A stretch of 24,000 nucleotides of DNA, from contig JBOFDK010000038.1 of assembly GCA_051646925.1 (NCBI GenBank), forward strand, positions 4,161-28,160, written 5' to 3'. Position numbers and translations under genes: made by a program. Below are positions 1 through 8,682 of the stretch, piece after piece. Below the pieces are notes generated by a model. That model did no database searches. It worked only from the letters and a program-made list of their open reading frames with translations, and was not told where the DNA came from. The stretch is from Cellulosilyticaceae bacterium. Its GTDB lineage: Bacteria; Bacillota; Clostridia; Lachnospirales; Cellulosilyticaceae. The stretch's first letter is position 1; the number at the start of each line of letters is the position of its first letter.

Positions 1-478
1 AGCGAAAATAAAATTCCAATATATAAGACGAAGAAAGTTTAATAGTAGTACAGAAGAGATATCTAATATTAGTGAAGGCTACAATGCGTATATAAAAGAA
101 TCATTTAGATTTAAAAAAGGTACTAATAATGTAATAAGAGAAGAAGTAGCAGGTTTTAAAGAAGAAGGAATATTGATTGTTTCGAGAACAGCAATAGGGA
201 CGGCGCTGATTACAGCAGTCTTTGTTGTAGTAATTGATATGCTAATTTATTTTTTTGAAACGTTATGTGATTATTTTATAGCAAATAAAAAATTCAACCA
301 AATGATGCAATTGGCAGATACGTTAGAGCGGATGATGGAAAAAAGTATTTATGAATTAGCAAAATTTAATCAAGAGTTGAAAGATGGTGTTATTAAAATG
401 GATGAAAAGCATATATTAATATTACAAAAAAATAAAAAAGCCCCAATTGTAGTTAAAATTGAGGACTGCATAGAATAG
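1..478 (+). CDS. Uncharacterised coiled-coil/membrane protein, C-terminal part only (5' end lies outside the window); paralog of 541..2169
   Basis: The reading frame starting at nt 2 has no stop up to TAG 476-478, so the TTG start at 173 in the track is internal. The upstream translation (..EEISNISEGYNAYIKESFRFKKG..) aligns with ..GDINNISEGYKIYKKETYKFNRS.. of the next gene. The last 85 aligned residues are 47/85 identical by hand count and end VVKIEDC[IV]. There is one hydrophobic helix, TAIGTALITAVFVVVIDMLIYFF. Confidence 0.75.
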   Translation, partial: AKIKFQYIRRRKFNSSTEEISNISEGYNAYIKESFRFKKGTNNVIREEVAGFKEEGILIVSRTAIGTALITAVFVVVIDMLIYFFETLCDYFIANKKFNQMMQLADTLERMMEKSIYELAKFNQELKDGVIKMDEKHILILQKNKKAPIVVKIEDCIE

Positions 479-540
479 ATTGTAGTGTATAAGATGTATT
501 GTGATAGCTATATAAGGTAAAAAAAGATAGGGGTGAGTTA

Positions 541-2169
541 ATGAGGCTTGGAGAGATAATGTTTTTAACAATAGGGGATATATGTACTGGTTTTAAAGAA
601 AGTGATGAGCAGAAAGAAATAGCAAATTATAAATTTGAAAAATTTATAAGGAAATTATTTCAAGAGTATCATATTCAATGGAATAAATTATGTGAACACA
701 TAGGTCCTGAAGTTAATATACCTAAATTAACTAAAGATATTGAAATAGATGATATTGATGAATGTTTAACAGAGATGGATAGGGCAGAGAAGGTGTTCCA
801 TGAATTAATAAAAGAAACAAATGAACAAATAAAATATAAATTATTATTTGAAGAGTATGATTATGAACATATGAAATTAAAACCAAATAATATATTGGAA
901 ATAATAGGATATATTGCGTGTGGGATAATGGTATGTGAAAGTGTAGTGTTATCGATTTTAGCATATGGACAGTTAAAAAAAGAGTTAAGTGATATAGCCT
1001 GTATGTATAACTTTATGCAAGAGGAAATGCAAGAAAATTTTTTAGCTAGTAAGAGTGGTTGTTATAGCAATGATTATGATGAACTGGAGAATAATGCGAA
1101 ACAATACAAAGAACGTCAGATGATTATATGCGATAAATATATTAAAGAAATAGATGATGAAATAAAACAAATCCCAAAAGGAAAAAAAGAAATAATTACT
1201 ATATTAGAAGGTGAAAAGAATAATATTGCTAAAGCAGTTGAATTGAAATGTAAAGAATTTAGTGAATACAGTATAGAAAAAAATAATTTAATGATACAGG
1301 AGCTTAAAAATAAAAATCAACATTATGGAATGTGCTCAGTATATAATAAACAAATAGGAAAAGTGAAAAAACGACTAGCATTAATGAAAGATGAACTAAA
1401 AAACGGAGAGCTAATAAAAATAAGAAAAGATTGTGAAGAGGCAGATATCGGAAAGATTAATATAAAGAAAGAAGTTAAAGGAAAAGAATCTTTTTTTGTA
1501 TGCACAGGGGAAAGGGGACCGGAGGGAGTTGAAGAGCTTAGCTTGATAGATTGTAAATATTTTCCAGAATGTGATGTGATATTAATAGTAGACGATATGA
1601 AAAAACTTGAAGAAAATACAATGCGAATTAATAAACTAAACAAATTTATGAGAGAAACTCAAAATGACATTAATACAGGAATATTAGAAGAAATAAATAA
1701 AATAAAAATAAAATATTCAAGACAAGCAGAATTGGGTATTAAGGAAGGTGATATAAACAATATTAGTGAAGGATATAAAATTTATAAAAAAGAAACATAT
1801 AAATTTAACAGAAGTTATAAAAGTGAAATTATGGAAAAAATAGAAAAGGTTCAAAGGAAAAAAATAATGAAGTGTTTTAGTGATACTGCTACTACATGTA
1901 TTTATACAGTGATTTTTGTTGCTGTAGTTGATATGATGATTGTATTTTTTGAAGCGTTACGTGATTATTACAAAGTAAATGAGAAAAAAAAGCAAATGGA
2001 AGAATTTAAGAGTATATTAGGGGCTACAATGGAAAAAAGTATTTGCGAATTAGCGAAATTAAATCAAAATTTGAGCGATGGTATTATTCAAATTGACAAA
2101 GAACACTTATTAATATTACAAGGAAATCAGGAAGTGCCAGTGGTAGTTAAAATAGAAGATTGCGTTTAA
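541..2169 (+). CDS. Uncharacterised 542-aa K/E-rich coiled-coil protein with two hydrophobic helices
   Basis: The ATG is preceded by GGGGTGA. Two hydrophobic segments, each with an embedded acidic residue, flank a ~310-aa highly charged heptad-like region: ILEIIGYIACGIMVCESVVLSILAYG (~aa 117-142) and CIYTVIFVAVVDMMIVFF (~aa 455-472). There is no signal peptide, Walker motif or recognisable catalytic motif. The C-terminal module is shared with the truncated upstream gene. Confidence 0.8.
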   Translation: MRLGEIMFLTIGDICTGFKESDEQKEIANYKFEKFIRKLFQEYHIQWNKLCEHIGPEVNIPKLTKDIEIDDIDECLTEMDRAEKVFHELIKETNEQIKYKLLFEEYDYEHMKLKPNNILEIIGYIACGIMVCESVVLSILAYGQLKKELSDIACMYNFMQEEMQENFLASKSGCYSNDYDELENNAKQYKERQMIICDKYIKEIDDEIKQIPKGKKEIITILEGEKNNIAKAVELKCKEFSEYSIEKNNLMIQELKNKNQHYGMCSVYNKQIGKVKKRLALMKDELKNGELIKIRKDCEEADIGKINIKKEVKGKESFFVCTGERGPEGVEELSLIDCKYFPECDVILIVDDMKKLEENTMRINKLNKFMRETQNDINTGILEEINKIKIKYSRQAELGIKEGDINNISEGYKIYKKETYKFNRSYKSEIMEKIEKVQRKKIMKCFSDTATTCIYTVIFVAVVDMMIVFFEALRDYYKVNEKKKQMEEFKSILGATMEKSICELAKLNQNLSDGIIQIDKEHLLILQGNQEVPVVVKIEDCV

Positions 2170-2211
2170 TAGCGTCTAAAGTGGTATTGTGTAATATATA
2201 TGAGAGTGCTA

Positions 2212-2241
2212 TTCAATTAGATACGGAAAATATGTTATAAT
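2212..2241 (+). promoter_or_regulatory. Candidate sigma-A promoter for pncB
   Basis: TTCAAT (2212-2217), an 18-nt spacer, then TGtTATAAT (extended -10, TATAAT at 2236-2241), about 43 nt upstream of the pncB ATG. Confidence 0.4.
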
Positions 2242-2283
2242 GAGTTCATATAGCATGACATATATGATTGGAGAGCAGAGTAA

Positions 2284-3738
2284 ATGGAAAGAAATTTAAC
2301 GTTATTAACAGATTTATATCAGTTAACTATGATGCAAGGTTACTATGAAAATCATTTAAATAACCATGAGGTTGTATTTGATTTGTTTTATAGAAACAAT
2401 CCGTCAGGAAATGGATATGCAGTTTGTTGTGGCTTAGAGGAAATTATTGAGTATATTAAAAATATAACGTTTACTGATGAAGATATTAGTTATTTAAGAG
2501 GACTTGAGTTGTTTAATGAAGCTTTTTTGGAATATCTTTGTAATTTTAAATTTACAGGGCAAATAGATGCTATACCAGAAGGTACAGTTGTATTTCCAAT
2601 GGAACCACTTATTAGAGTGAGTGCACCTATTCTTGAGGCGCAGTTTATAGAAACAACGTTACTAAACATTATTAATCATCAAAGCTTGATTGCAACAAAA
2701 GCTGCGCGTGTTGTGAGAGCGGCAGGTGGGGATACTGTGCTAGAGTTTGGATTAAGAAGAGCGCAAGGCCCTGATGCAGGTATTTATGGTGCAAGAGCGG
2801 CAATAATTGGAGGGTGCAATGCAACGTCTAATGTTTTGGCAGGAAAGATGTTTGGAGTGCCTATAGCAGGTACGCATGCACATAGTTGGGTAATGAGTTT
2901 TGAAAAAGAAATTGATGCTTTTCGTGCTTATGCAGAACTATTTCCTAAAAAATGCATTTTATTAGTAGATACGTACGATACGATAGAACAAGGTGTTCCG
3001 AATGCTATACGTGTTTTTGATGAAATGAAAGAAAGAGGTATTGTGCTTGAAAGCTATGGTATACGTTTGGATAGTGGAGATTTAGCGTATTTATCAAAAA
3101 AAGCACGTCAAATGTTAGATGAGGCAGGATATGCAGATGCTATAATAAGTGCATCTTGTGATTTAGATGAGTATTTAATTGCTGATTTAAAAAGACAAGG
3201 TGCAGAAATAACACTGTGGGGCGTTGGAACAAAACTTATAACATCAGATGATTGTCCATCTTTTGGTGGTGTTTATAAACTTACAGCAGAACGACGAGAA
3301 GATGCTTGTTTTGCACCTAAAATTAAAATTTCAGACAATCCAGAAAAAGTTACTAGTCCAGGTGTTAAAAAAGTAGTGCGTGTATATGATGCGAACAATG
3401 GAAAAATTAAAGCAGACATAATTGCGCTTGAAGAAGAAGAATTTGATGAAAATAAGGATATGGTATTGCGAGACCCAAAAGCAAGATGGAAGAAGATGCA
3501 CCTGAAAGCAAATACGTATAAATTAAAGTCTTTACTAGTACCTATATTTAGAGATGGGGAATGTGTATATGATGCACCTAGTGTTATGGATATTAGAAAA
3601 AAGACGCAAGAAGAGCTAGAGGGCTTGTGGGAGGAATATAAGAGACTTATAAATCCTGCGATTGTACCAGTGGATTTATCAGATGAATTATATTATCTAA
3701 AAGAACATATGTTAAATAGTTATAAGAAACATGAATAA
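2284..3738 (+). CDS. pncB: Nicotinate phosphoribosyltransferase
   Basis: 484 aa. The N-terminus LTLLTDLYQLTMMQGY and the central GTHAHSW / LRLDSGDL motifs are typical of the NAPRTase family. An RBS-like GGAGAG lies upstream. Confidence 0.93.
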   Translation: MERNLTLLTDLYQLTMMQGYYENHLNNHEVVFDLFYRNNPSGNGYAVCCGLEEIIEYIKNITFTDEDISYLRGLELFNEAFLEYLCNFKFTGQIDAIPEGTVVFPMEPLIRVSAPILEAQFIETTLLNIINHQSLIATKAARVVRAAGGDTVLEFGLRRAQGPDAGIYGARAAIIGGCNATSNVLAGKMFGVPIAGTHAHSWVMSFEKEIDAFRAYAELFPKKCILLVDTYDTIEQGVPNAIRVFDEMKERGIVLESYGIRLDSGDLAYLSKKARQMLDEAGYADAIISASCDLDEYLIADLKRQGAEITLWGVGTKLITSDDCPSFGGVYKLTAERREDACFAPKIKISDNPEKVTSPGVKKVVRVYDANNGKIKADIIALEEEEFDENKDMVLRDPKARWKKMHLKANTYKLKSLLVPIFRDGECVYDAPSVMDIRKKTQEELEGLWEEYKRLINPAIVPVDLSDELYYLKEHMLNSYKKHE

Positions 3739-3782
3739 TTATAAAAAAAAGGAATACTTATAAATAATAAAGAGGTGATAGT

Positions 3783-4517
3783 ATGATTAGGAGTGTACGG
3801 GTAGTTGGTTTTATGACATGGCATTACGTTAGAAATACGTTAGAGCGTAATAAATATACTTTAAAAGGTAAAGATGTAGATGTAGAAACAAAAAAAGTAA
3901 ATAGAAAAAAGATTTATAGATTAATGCAAAGTATGTCTAACGGTATGGTAAAAGCAGCAGGAACAGAAGTAATAGTAAAAGGTAAAGAAAATTTACCAAA
4001 GCATGGACCTGTAGTTTATATGAGCACACATAAAGGATTATATGATAGTCCTGTGTTAGCAACGATTATAGAGGAACCTATTATTTTTATAGGAAAAGAA
4101 GAAATGGAAAAAATGCCAATTATAGGCTCATGGTTTGATGCTATGGGATGTATTTATCTTGCTCGTGATGATATGAAAAAATCATTGCAAGCAATACTTA
4201 CGGGTATTGAAGAATTAAAAAATGGACAATCAATAGTTATCTTTCCTGAAGGAACAAGAAGTAAAGGTAAAGATATGCAAGAATTTAAATCAGGAAGTTT
4301 TAAATTAGCATTAAAAGCAAACGTTCCAATAGTACCGATAGCTATTCAAGATACACAAAAGGTATTAGAAGATACAGGAATGATAAAAAAAGCAACTGTA
4401 TATGTTAATATAGGTAAGCCTTTTGATGTTGCAAGTATGACAAAAGAAGAAAAGAAAGCACTACCAAAGACAGTGGAAAATAAAGTTCGCGAGTTGCTAG
4501 GCGAAATAACTTTTTAA
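3783..4517 (+). CDS. plsC: 1-acyl-sn-glycerol-3-phosphate acyltransferase (PlsC/LPLAT family)
   Basis: Carries the HX4D acyltransferase motif (STHKGLYDS) and the FPEGTRS motif. 244 aa. RBS AAAGAGGTGA lies 5 nt before the ATG. Confidence 0.88.
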   Translation: MIRSVRVVGFMTWHYVRNTLERNKYTLKGKDVDVETKKVNRKKIYRLMQSMSNGMVKAAGTEVIVKGKENLPKHGPVVYMSTHKGLYDSPVLATIIEEPIIFIGKEEMEKMPIIGSWFDAMGCIYLARDDMKKSLQAILTGIEELKNGQSIVIFPEGTRSKGKDMQEFKSGSFKLALKANVPIVPIAIQDTQKVLEDTGMIKKATVYVNIGKPFDVASMTKEEKKALPKTVENKVRELLGEITF

Positions 4518-4582
4518 AGATAGAAAATAAGTAGCGATGAAAAGGAGGGGTTAACATAGAAAAAGATAAAGTAAAAGAAAAA

Positions 4583-5947
4583 ATGATAATGGAAATAACA
4601 CCAGACAAAATGATGTGTGTTGTTTCTTTTGAAGAACTAGAAGATAACGAAGATGAAAGATTACTAACAGATGGGGAAATAAAAAAAGCAATTACAGCTG
4701 CAGGAGTTACAACAGGTATAGATAGCGATGTGCTAGATGTTATTTTAACTAATCGCAAATATGATTATAAATACGTGTTAGCAAAAGGAACACCAGCTAT
4801 AGCGGGTAAAGAAGCAACAATATTATTTAAATTTGATAAAGATAATATTAACAAATGTGCCCCTAAACATAATGAAGATGGAACTGTTAATTTCAAAGAT
4901 TTAAGTATCATAAAAAACGTTACGAAAGAAACTGTTTTGGCGATTAAAATGCCAGCTGAAGATGGTGTAGCGGGAATAAATGTAACAGGTCAAGAGGTTA
5001 GAGCGTCTAGGGGGCGTGATGTAAGAATGCCTCGCGGAAAAAATACAAAAATACTTGATGATGGAGTTACATTAGTTGCAGAGATAGACGGACAACTTTG
5101 TTATGATGAACATAATGTATACATAACACCAAGTTTTATCGTTGAAAAAGATGTTGATATAAGTACAGGCAATATTGATTTTATTGGGAATGTTATAGTC
5201 AACGGAAGTGTGCAAGCAGGATTTAAAATTACAGCAGGCGGAACAGTAGAAGTTAAAGGAAGTGTAGAAGCGGCTGATATTTATGCAGAAGGCGATATTA
5301 TAGTGTGGTATGGCATTCAAGGTATGGATAAAGGAATTATTAGTACTCGTGGTAACGTAATTGCAAAATTTATTCAAAATGTTACAGTAGAAGCAGGTGG
5401 GAGTGTAGTGGCAGAGGCTATTATGCATAGCAATGTGTCAGCTATTGAAGTAGACGTAACAAAAGGCAAAGGCTTATTAGTTGGTGGGGAAGTTGTAGTT
5501 GCAAAAAAACTCAAGGCGACTATTATAGGTTCACATATGGCAACTGTAACAACGATTAAACTTGGGTTATCACCAAAAATGCTAAAAGAGTTTAAAGAAA
5601 TAGAAGAAAGTCTTGATAAAATGAAAGAAGACCTAAATAAAATTAGTCAAAGTATTACATTTCTTATGAATAGAAAAGATATGCTAGGTCAAGAGAAACA
5701 AGAACTTTTAAGACGCTTATTAAATGCTAAAATGGATACTGAGCTGAAAATTAAAAATAAAAAAACGGCATATGATGATATTTCAGAAAAAGTAGAATGT
5801 AGTACAAAAGGCATTATTAAAATTAAAAAAGTGATATACTCAGGTGCGAAAATAATTGCAGGTTCTAGTATTAAGTATGTTTCGGAAGACCATAATAATT
5901 GCAGCATAAAAAAAAGAGATGGAGATATTGTTTTTTTAGCGTATTAG
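4583..5947 (+). CDS. DUF342 / FapA (flagellar assembly protein A)-like protein
   Basis: 454 aa. The central repetitive beta-helix-like stretch (GNIDFIGNVIVNGSVQAGFKITAGGTVEVKGSVEAADIYAEGDIIV ...) followed by a C-terminal coiled coil is characteristic of DUF342/FapA proteins. The start is uncertain (see finding on the SD at 4541-4550). Confidence 0.72.
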   Translation: MIMEITPDKMMCVVSFEELEDNEDERLLTDGEIKKAITAAGVTTGIDSDVLDVILTNRKYDYKYVLAKGTPAIAGKEATILFKFDKDNINKCAPKHNEDGTVNFKDLSIIKNVTKETVLAIKMPAEDGVAGINVTGQEVRASRGRDVRMPRGKNTKILDDGVTLVAEIDGQLCYDEHNVYITPSFIVEKDVDISTGNIDFIGNVIVNGSVQAGFKITAGGTVEVKGSVEAADIYAEGDIIVWYGIQGMDKGIISTRGNVIAKFIQNVTVEAGGSVVAEAIMHSNVSAIEVDVTKGKGLLVGGEVVVAKKLKATIIGSHMATVTTIKLGLSPKMLKEFKEIEESLDKMKEDLNKISQSITFLMNRKDMLGQEKQELLRRLLNAKMDTELKIKNKKTAYDDISEKVECSTKGIIKIKKVIYSGAKIIAGSSIKYVSEDHNNCSIKKRDGDIVFLAY

Positions 5948-5959
5948 GAAGTGGCGATA

Positions 5960-5988
5960 TTGTTATATAAAAATTTGTATGATATACT
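5960..5988 (+). promoter_or_regulatory. Candidate sigma-A promoter for 6025..6477
   Basis: TTGTTA (5960-5965), a 17-nt spacer, then TGaTATACT (extended -10, TATACT at 5983-5988), 37 nt upstream of the ATG. Confidence 0.45.
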
Positions 5989-6024
5989 GATAAAAATACT
6001 AAAGAGGTACAGGGAGGATTCAAT

Positions 6025-6477
6025 ATGGAATCGTGGGTAACTATATTACTCGTTTTAGTAATTCTTGCGGGAATTGGTGTAGGGTTATATTTTTGGAGTA
6101 AGAAATTAAAAAAGAAATATGATGAACAACAACAGATGATTAATCAACATAAACAATTAGTTCAGATGTTTGTTATAGATAAGAAAAAAGATACTGTTGA
6201 TAATATGAAGTTGCCAAAACAGATTAAAGAGCAAATTCCAAAGATGCAACGTAAACGTAAAATGCCGTTTGTTATAGTAAAAGCAGGGCCACAAATTCAA
6301 ACACTTCTTTGTGAAAACTCAGTGTATGATACAATACCTGTAAAAAAACAAATTAAAGCAGAAGTTGCAGGAATTATGCTTGTAAATGTTGTATCAGGAA
6401 AACTTCCAACTCCGAAAAAGCAAAAATTTACAGCAAAAATGAAAAATAAAGCAGAGCAATTAAAAAATAAATTATAA
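6025..6477 (+). CDS. Small Lys-rich protein with N-terminal membrane anchor, function unknown
   Basis: RBS AGGGAGGA is followed by an ATG. It has one N-terminal hydrophobic helix (WVTILLVLVILAGIGVGLYFW), then a very basic soluble part. The gene is followed by a clear terminator. Confidence 0.7.
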   Translation: MESWVTILLVLVILAGIGVGLYFWSKKLKKKYDEQQQMINQHKQLVQMFVIDKKKDTVDNMKLPKQIKEQIPKMQRKRKMPFVIVKAGPQIQTLLCENSVYDTIPVKKQIKAEVAGIMLVNVVSGKLPTPKKQKFTAKMKNKAEQLKNKL

Positions 6478-6495
6478 TAATATATACACAAAATA

Positions 6496-6527
6496 AAAAG
6501 ATGCTTACATAAGCATCTTTTTATTTT
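6496..6527 (+). terminator. Rho-independent terminator
   Basis: Stem AAAAGATGCTTA / TAAGCATCTTTT with a short loop, followed by a T-rich run (TTATTTT), 19 nt after the stop. Confidence 0.75.
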
Positions 6528-6653
6528 GCATACATTATTACACTGTGATATATTAAATACGAATGATGCTGATTAATAAGTATATATAGAATAGAAAAAA
6601 GATATACTGAATATATATGGAATTTTAAAGTATATGAAGAGGAGATAAGAGTT

Positions 6654-7514
6654 TTGAGATTTTTTAAGTATATATATGGTTTTGGAATGAAGTTGAAGAA
6701 TCGTTTTTTGGGGCATGAAATAGGCGCTAGAAGTGCACAAATGACATATTATTGGATTCTTGCTTTTTTTCCTTTTTTAATTATGTTGATGACACTTTTA
6801 TCATATACAACTATAGCAGAAGGTGAGCTAATGACATCATTAGAACTTATAATGCCTTCAACAGCAATGCCTTTGATAGAAGAAACTATAATGCAGTTGG
6901 TTGAATATAGAAGTGCTACGTTATTGTCAGTTGGGGCTATCGTATCGGTATGGTCATCATCAGCAGCGGTAAATGTTGTTATTAAAGGTATTCATAAAGC
7001 ATACAGTGCAACAGATACACGCCCGTTTTGGATAAAAAAAGCTATTTCGATAGGATATACATTTGTATTATTAATTTTGCTTGTAGGTATGATAGTGTTA
7101 TTAGTATTTGGAAATAACATTGGAAGTTATATACTGAAATTTTTAGTTAAAAATAATTTCATGTATAAAGTGTTGTGGGATTTCTCACGTTTTACATTAT
7201 CGTTACTTGTATTATTAGCAGGACTTTATGCAATATACCGCGTAGTACCACGTAAACATCGTAAATCAAATAATGTTTGGCCAGGAACGTTGTTTGCATC
7301 TTTTGGGCTTTATGGATTTTCGGTATTGTTTGCGATTTACATTGATAAATTTAGTAAATACAGTCAAATGTATGGAAGTATTGGTGGTATTTTTATTTTA
7401 ATCATATGGTTATATGCAAGTGGAATTCTTATTTTGCTAGGAGCAGAAATTAATGCTCTTTGGCAAGATATTATAATTATTGAAAATAGAAGTCGTTATA
7501 AACTAAAAAAATAA
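6654..7514 (+). CDS. YihY/virulence factor BrkB family membrane protein
   Basis: 286 aa and polytopic (about 6 hydrophobic helices). Family-typical features include the C-terminal LLGAEINA motif. TTG start after GAGGAGA. Confidence 0.8.
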   Translation: MRFFKYIYGFGMKLKNRFLGHEIGARSAQMTYYWILAFFPFLIMLMTLLSYTTIAEGELMTSLELIMPSTAMPLIEETIMQLVEYRSATLLSVGAIVSVWSSSAAVNVVIKGIHKAYSATDTRPFWIKKAISIGYTFVLLILLVGMIVLLVFGNNIGSYILKFLVKNNFMYKVLWDFSRFTLSLLVLLAGLYAIYRVVPRKHRKSNNVWPGTLFASFGLYGFSVLFAIYIDKFSKYSQMYGSIGGIFILIIWLYASGILILLGAEINALWQDIIIIENRSRYKLKK

Positions 7515-7545
7515 TAAAATATTTTGTAAAAAGGAGTAACTCATA

Positions 7546-8394
7546 ATGAAACCTATATTATCATTTGAAATATTTCCACCTAAAGAAACGACAAAAATTG
7601 AAAGTATTTATAGTACTATTGACGCATTAGCGCCATTAAGACCAGACTTTATAAGTGTGACGTATGGAGCAGGAGGTAGTAATCAAAATAATACTATTGA
7701 AATAGCTTCGGTATTAAGAAACAAATACAATATTAGGCCAGTTGCACATTTAACGTGTGTCGGAGCAACAGAATCTTCAATAGATATGATTCTTGATAGA
7801 TTAAATAAAGAGGGCGTAGAACATATACTTGCACTTAGAGGAGATTTGCCGCATGAAAATGCATTGGGAGATTTTAAATATGCTACGGACTTAGTAGCTT
7901 ACATAAAGAAAAAAGAACAATTTAGTATAGTTGGGGCGTGTTACCCTGAAAAACATATAGAAGCTATTTGTTTAGAAGATGATATTATGTATCTAAAAGA
8001 AAAAGTGGAAGCAGGAGCAGAAATGCTAGTAAGTCAGTTGTTTTTTGATAATGATGTGTTTTTTGAATGGGTAAGCAAAGTTCGAAAGGCGGGGATTACA
8101 GTTCCTATTATAGCTGGAATTATGCCTATAACATCTGAAGTTCAATTAAAACGTATGCAGTCACTTTGCGGAGCGACTATTCCAGATAATATAAAGGTGT
8201 TAATAGATGCCTATAGTCACAATCAAGCAGCACTTAAAGATGTTGGAACGACATATGCAACGATGCAAATTATAGATTTACTTGCAAGGGGTGTTGATGG
8301 AATTCATTTGTATACTATGAATAAAGCAGAACTAGCAAAAAAAATTGTGGACAATATTAGTAGTGCGTATTATGCACGTTGTCAAAGTGAATAA
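7546..8394 (+). CDS. metF: Methylenetetrahydrofolate reductase
   Basis: 282 aa. The N-terminus SFEIFPPK and SVTYGAGGS are typical MTHFR TIM-barrel motifs. RBS AAAGGAG. Confidence 0.9.
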   Translation: MKPILSFEIFPPKETTKIESIYSTIDALAPLRPDFISVTYGAGGSNQNNTIEIASVLRNKYNIRPVAHLTCVGATESSIDMILDRLNKEGVEHILALRGDLPHENALGDFKYATDLVAYIKKKEQFSIVGACYPEKHIEAICLEDDIMYLKEKVEAGAEMLVSQLFFDNDVFFEWVSKVRKAGITVPIIAGIMPITSEVQLKRMQSLCGATIPDNIKVLIDAYSHNQAALKDVGTTYATMQIIDLLARGVDGIHLYTMNKAELAKKIVDNISSAYYARCQSE

Positions 8395-8432
8395 ATTGCA
8401 GTAATTATAGAAAAATAGAGGATTAATGAGAG

Positions 8433-8481
8433 AGCGTTTTTGTATTTGGTACATACTACTAAATACAAAAGCGCTTTTTTG
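8433..8481 (+). terminator. Rho-independent terminator after metF
   Basis: 15-bp stem AGCGTTTTTGTATTT / AAATACAAAAGCGCT (one G-U pair) with a 13-nt loop, followed by TTTTTTG. Confidence 0.75.
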
Positions 8482-8520
8482 TTTGAAAGTGATGAAAACA
8501 TAGAAGTGTAAAATAGACTC

Positions 8521-8547
8521 TTGAAAAATATAAAATTATGATATAAT
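8521..8547 (+). promoter_or_regulatory. Candidate promoter for the wecB-atp transcription unit
   Basis: TTGAAA (8521-8526) and TGaTATAAT (extended -10, TATAAT at 8542-8547). The spacer is only 15 nt, so this is tentative. Confidence 0.35.
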
Positions 8548-8682
8548 ACCAAAGTATGGCATTTACAATGGTATCTAAATGATGGTAAAGTAGAAAAAAA
8601 TACTTATTTTTATAACACACACATAATATAACGCTATACTATACAGAATAAAACAATATGTTGAAATATTTTAAGGAGTAGG

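Noticed and set aside
731-1643. - strand ORFs 731..964 and 1323..1643, lying inside the 541..2169 gene
   Set aside because: They are antisense shadow ORFs in an AT-rich, K/E-rich coding region. Their composition is low-complexity (S/F/I/L-rich), they have no RBS, and they are fully embedded in a longer, paralog-supported CDS.
4405-6491. - strand ORFs 4405..4758, 5072..5428, 5689..5907 and 6297..6491
   Set aside because: They are embedded antisense to plsC, the DUF342 gene and the 6025..6477 gene. They have no SD sequences and their low-complexity translations are typical of shadow frames.
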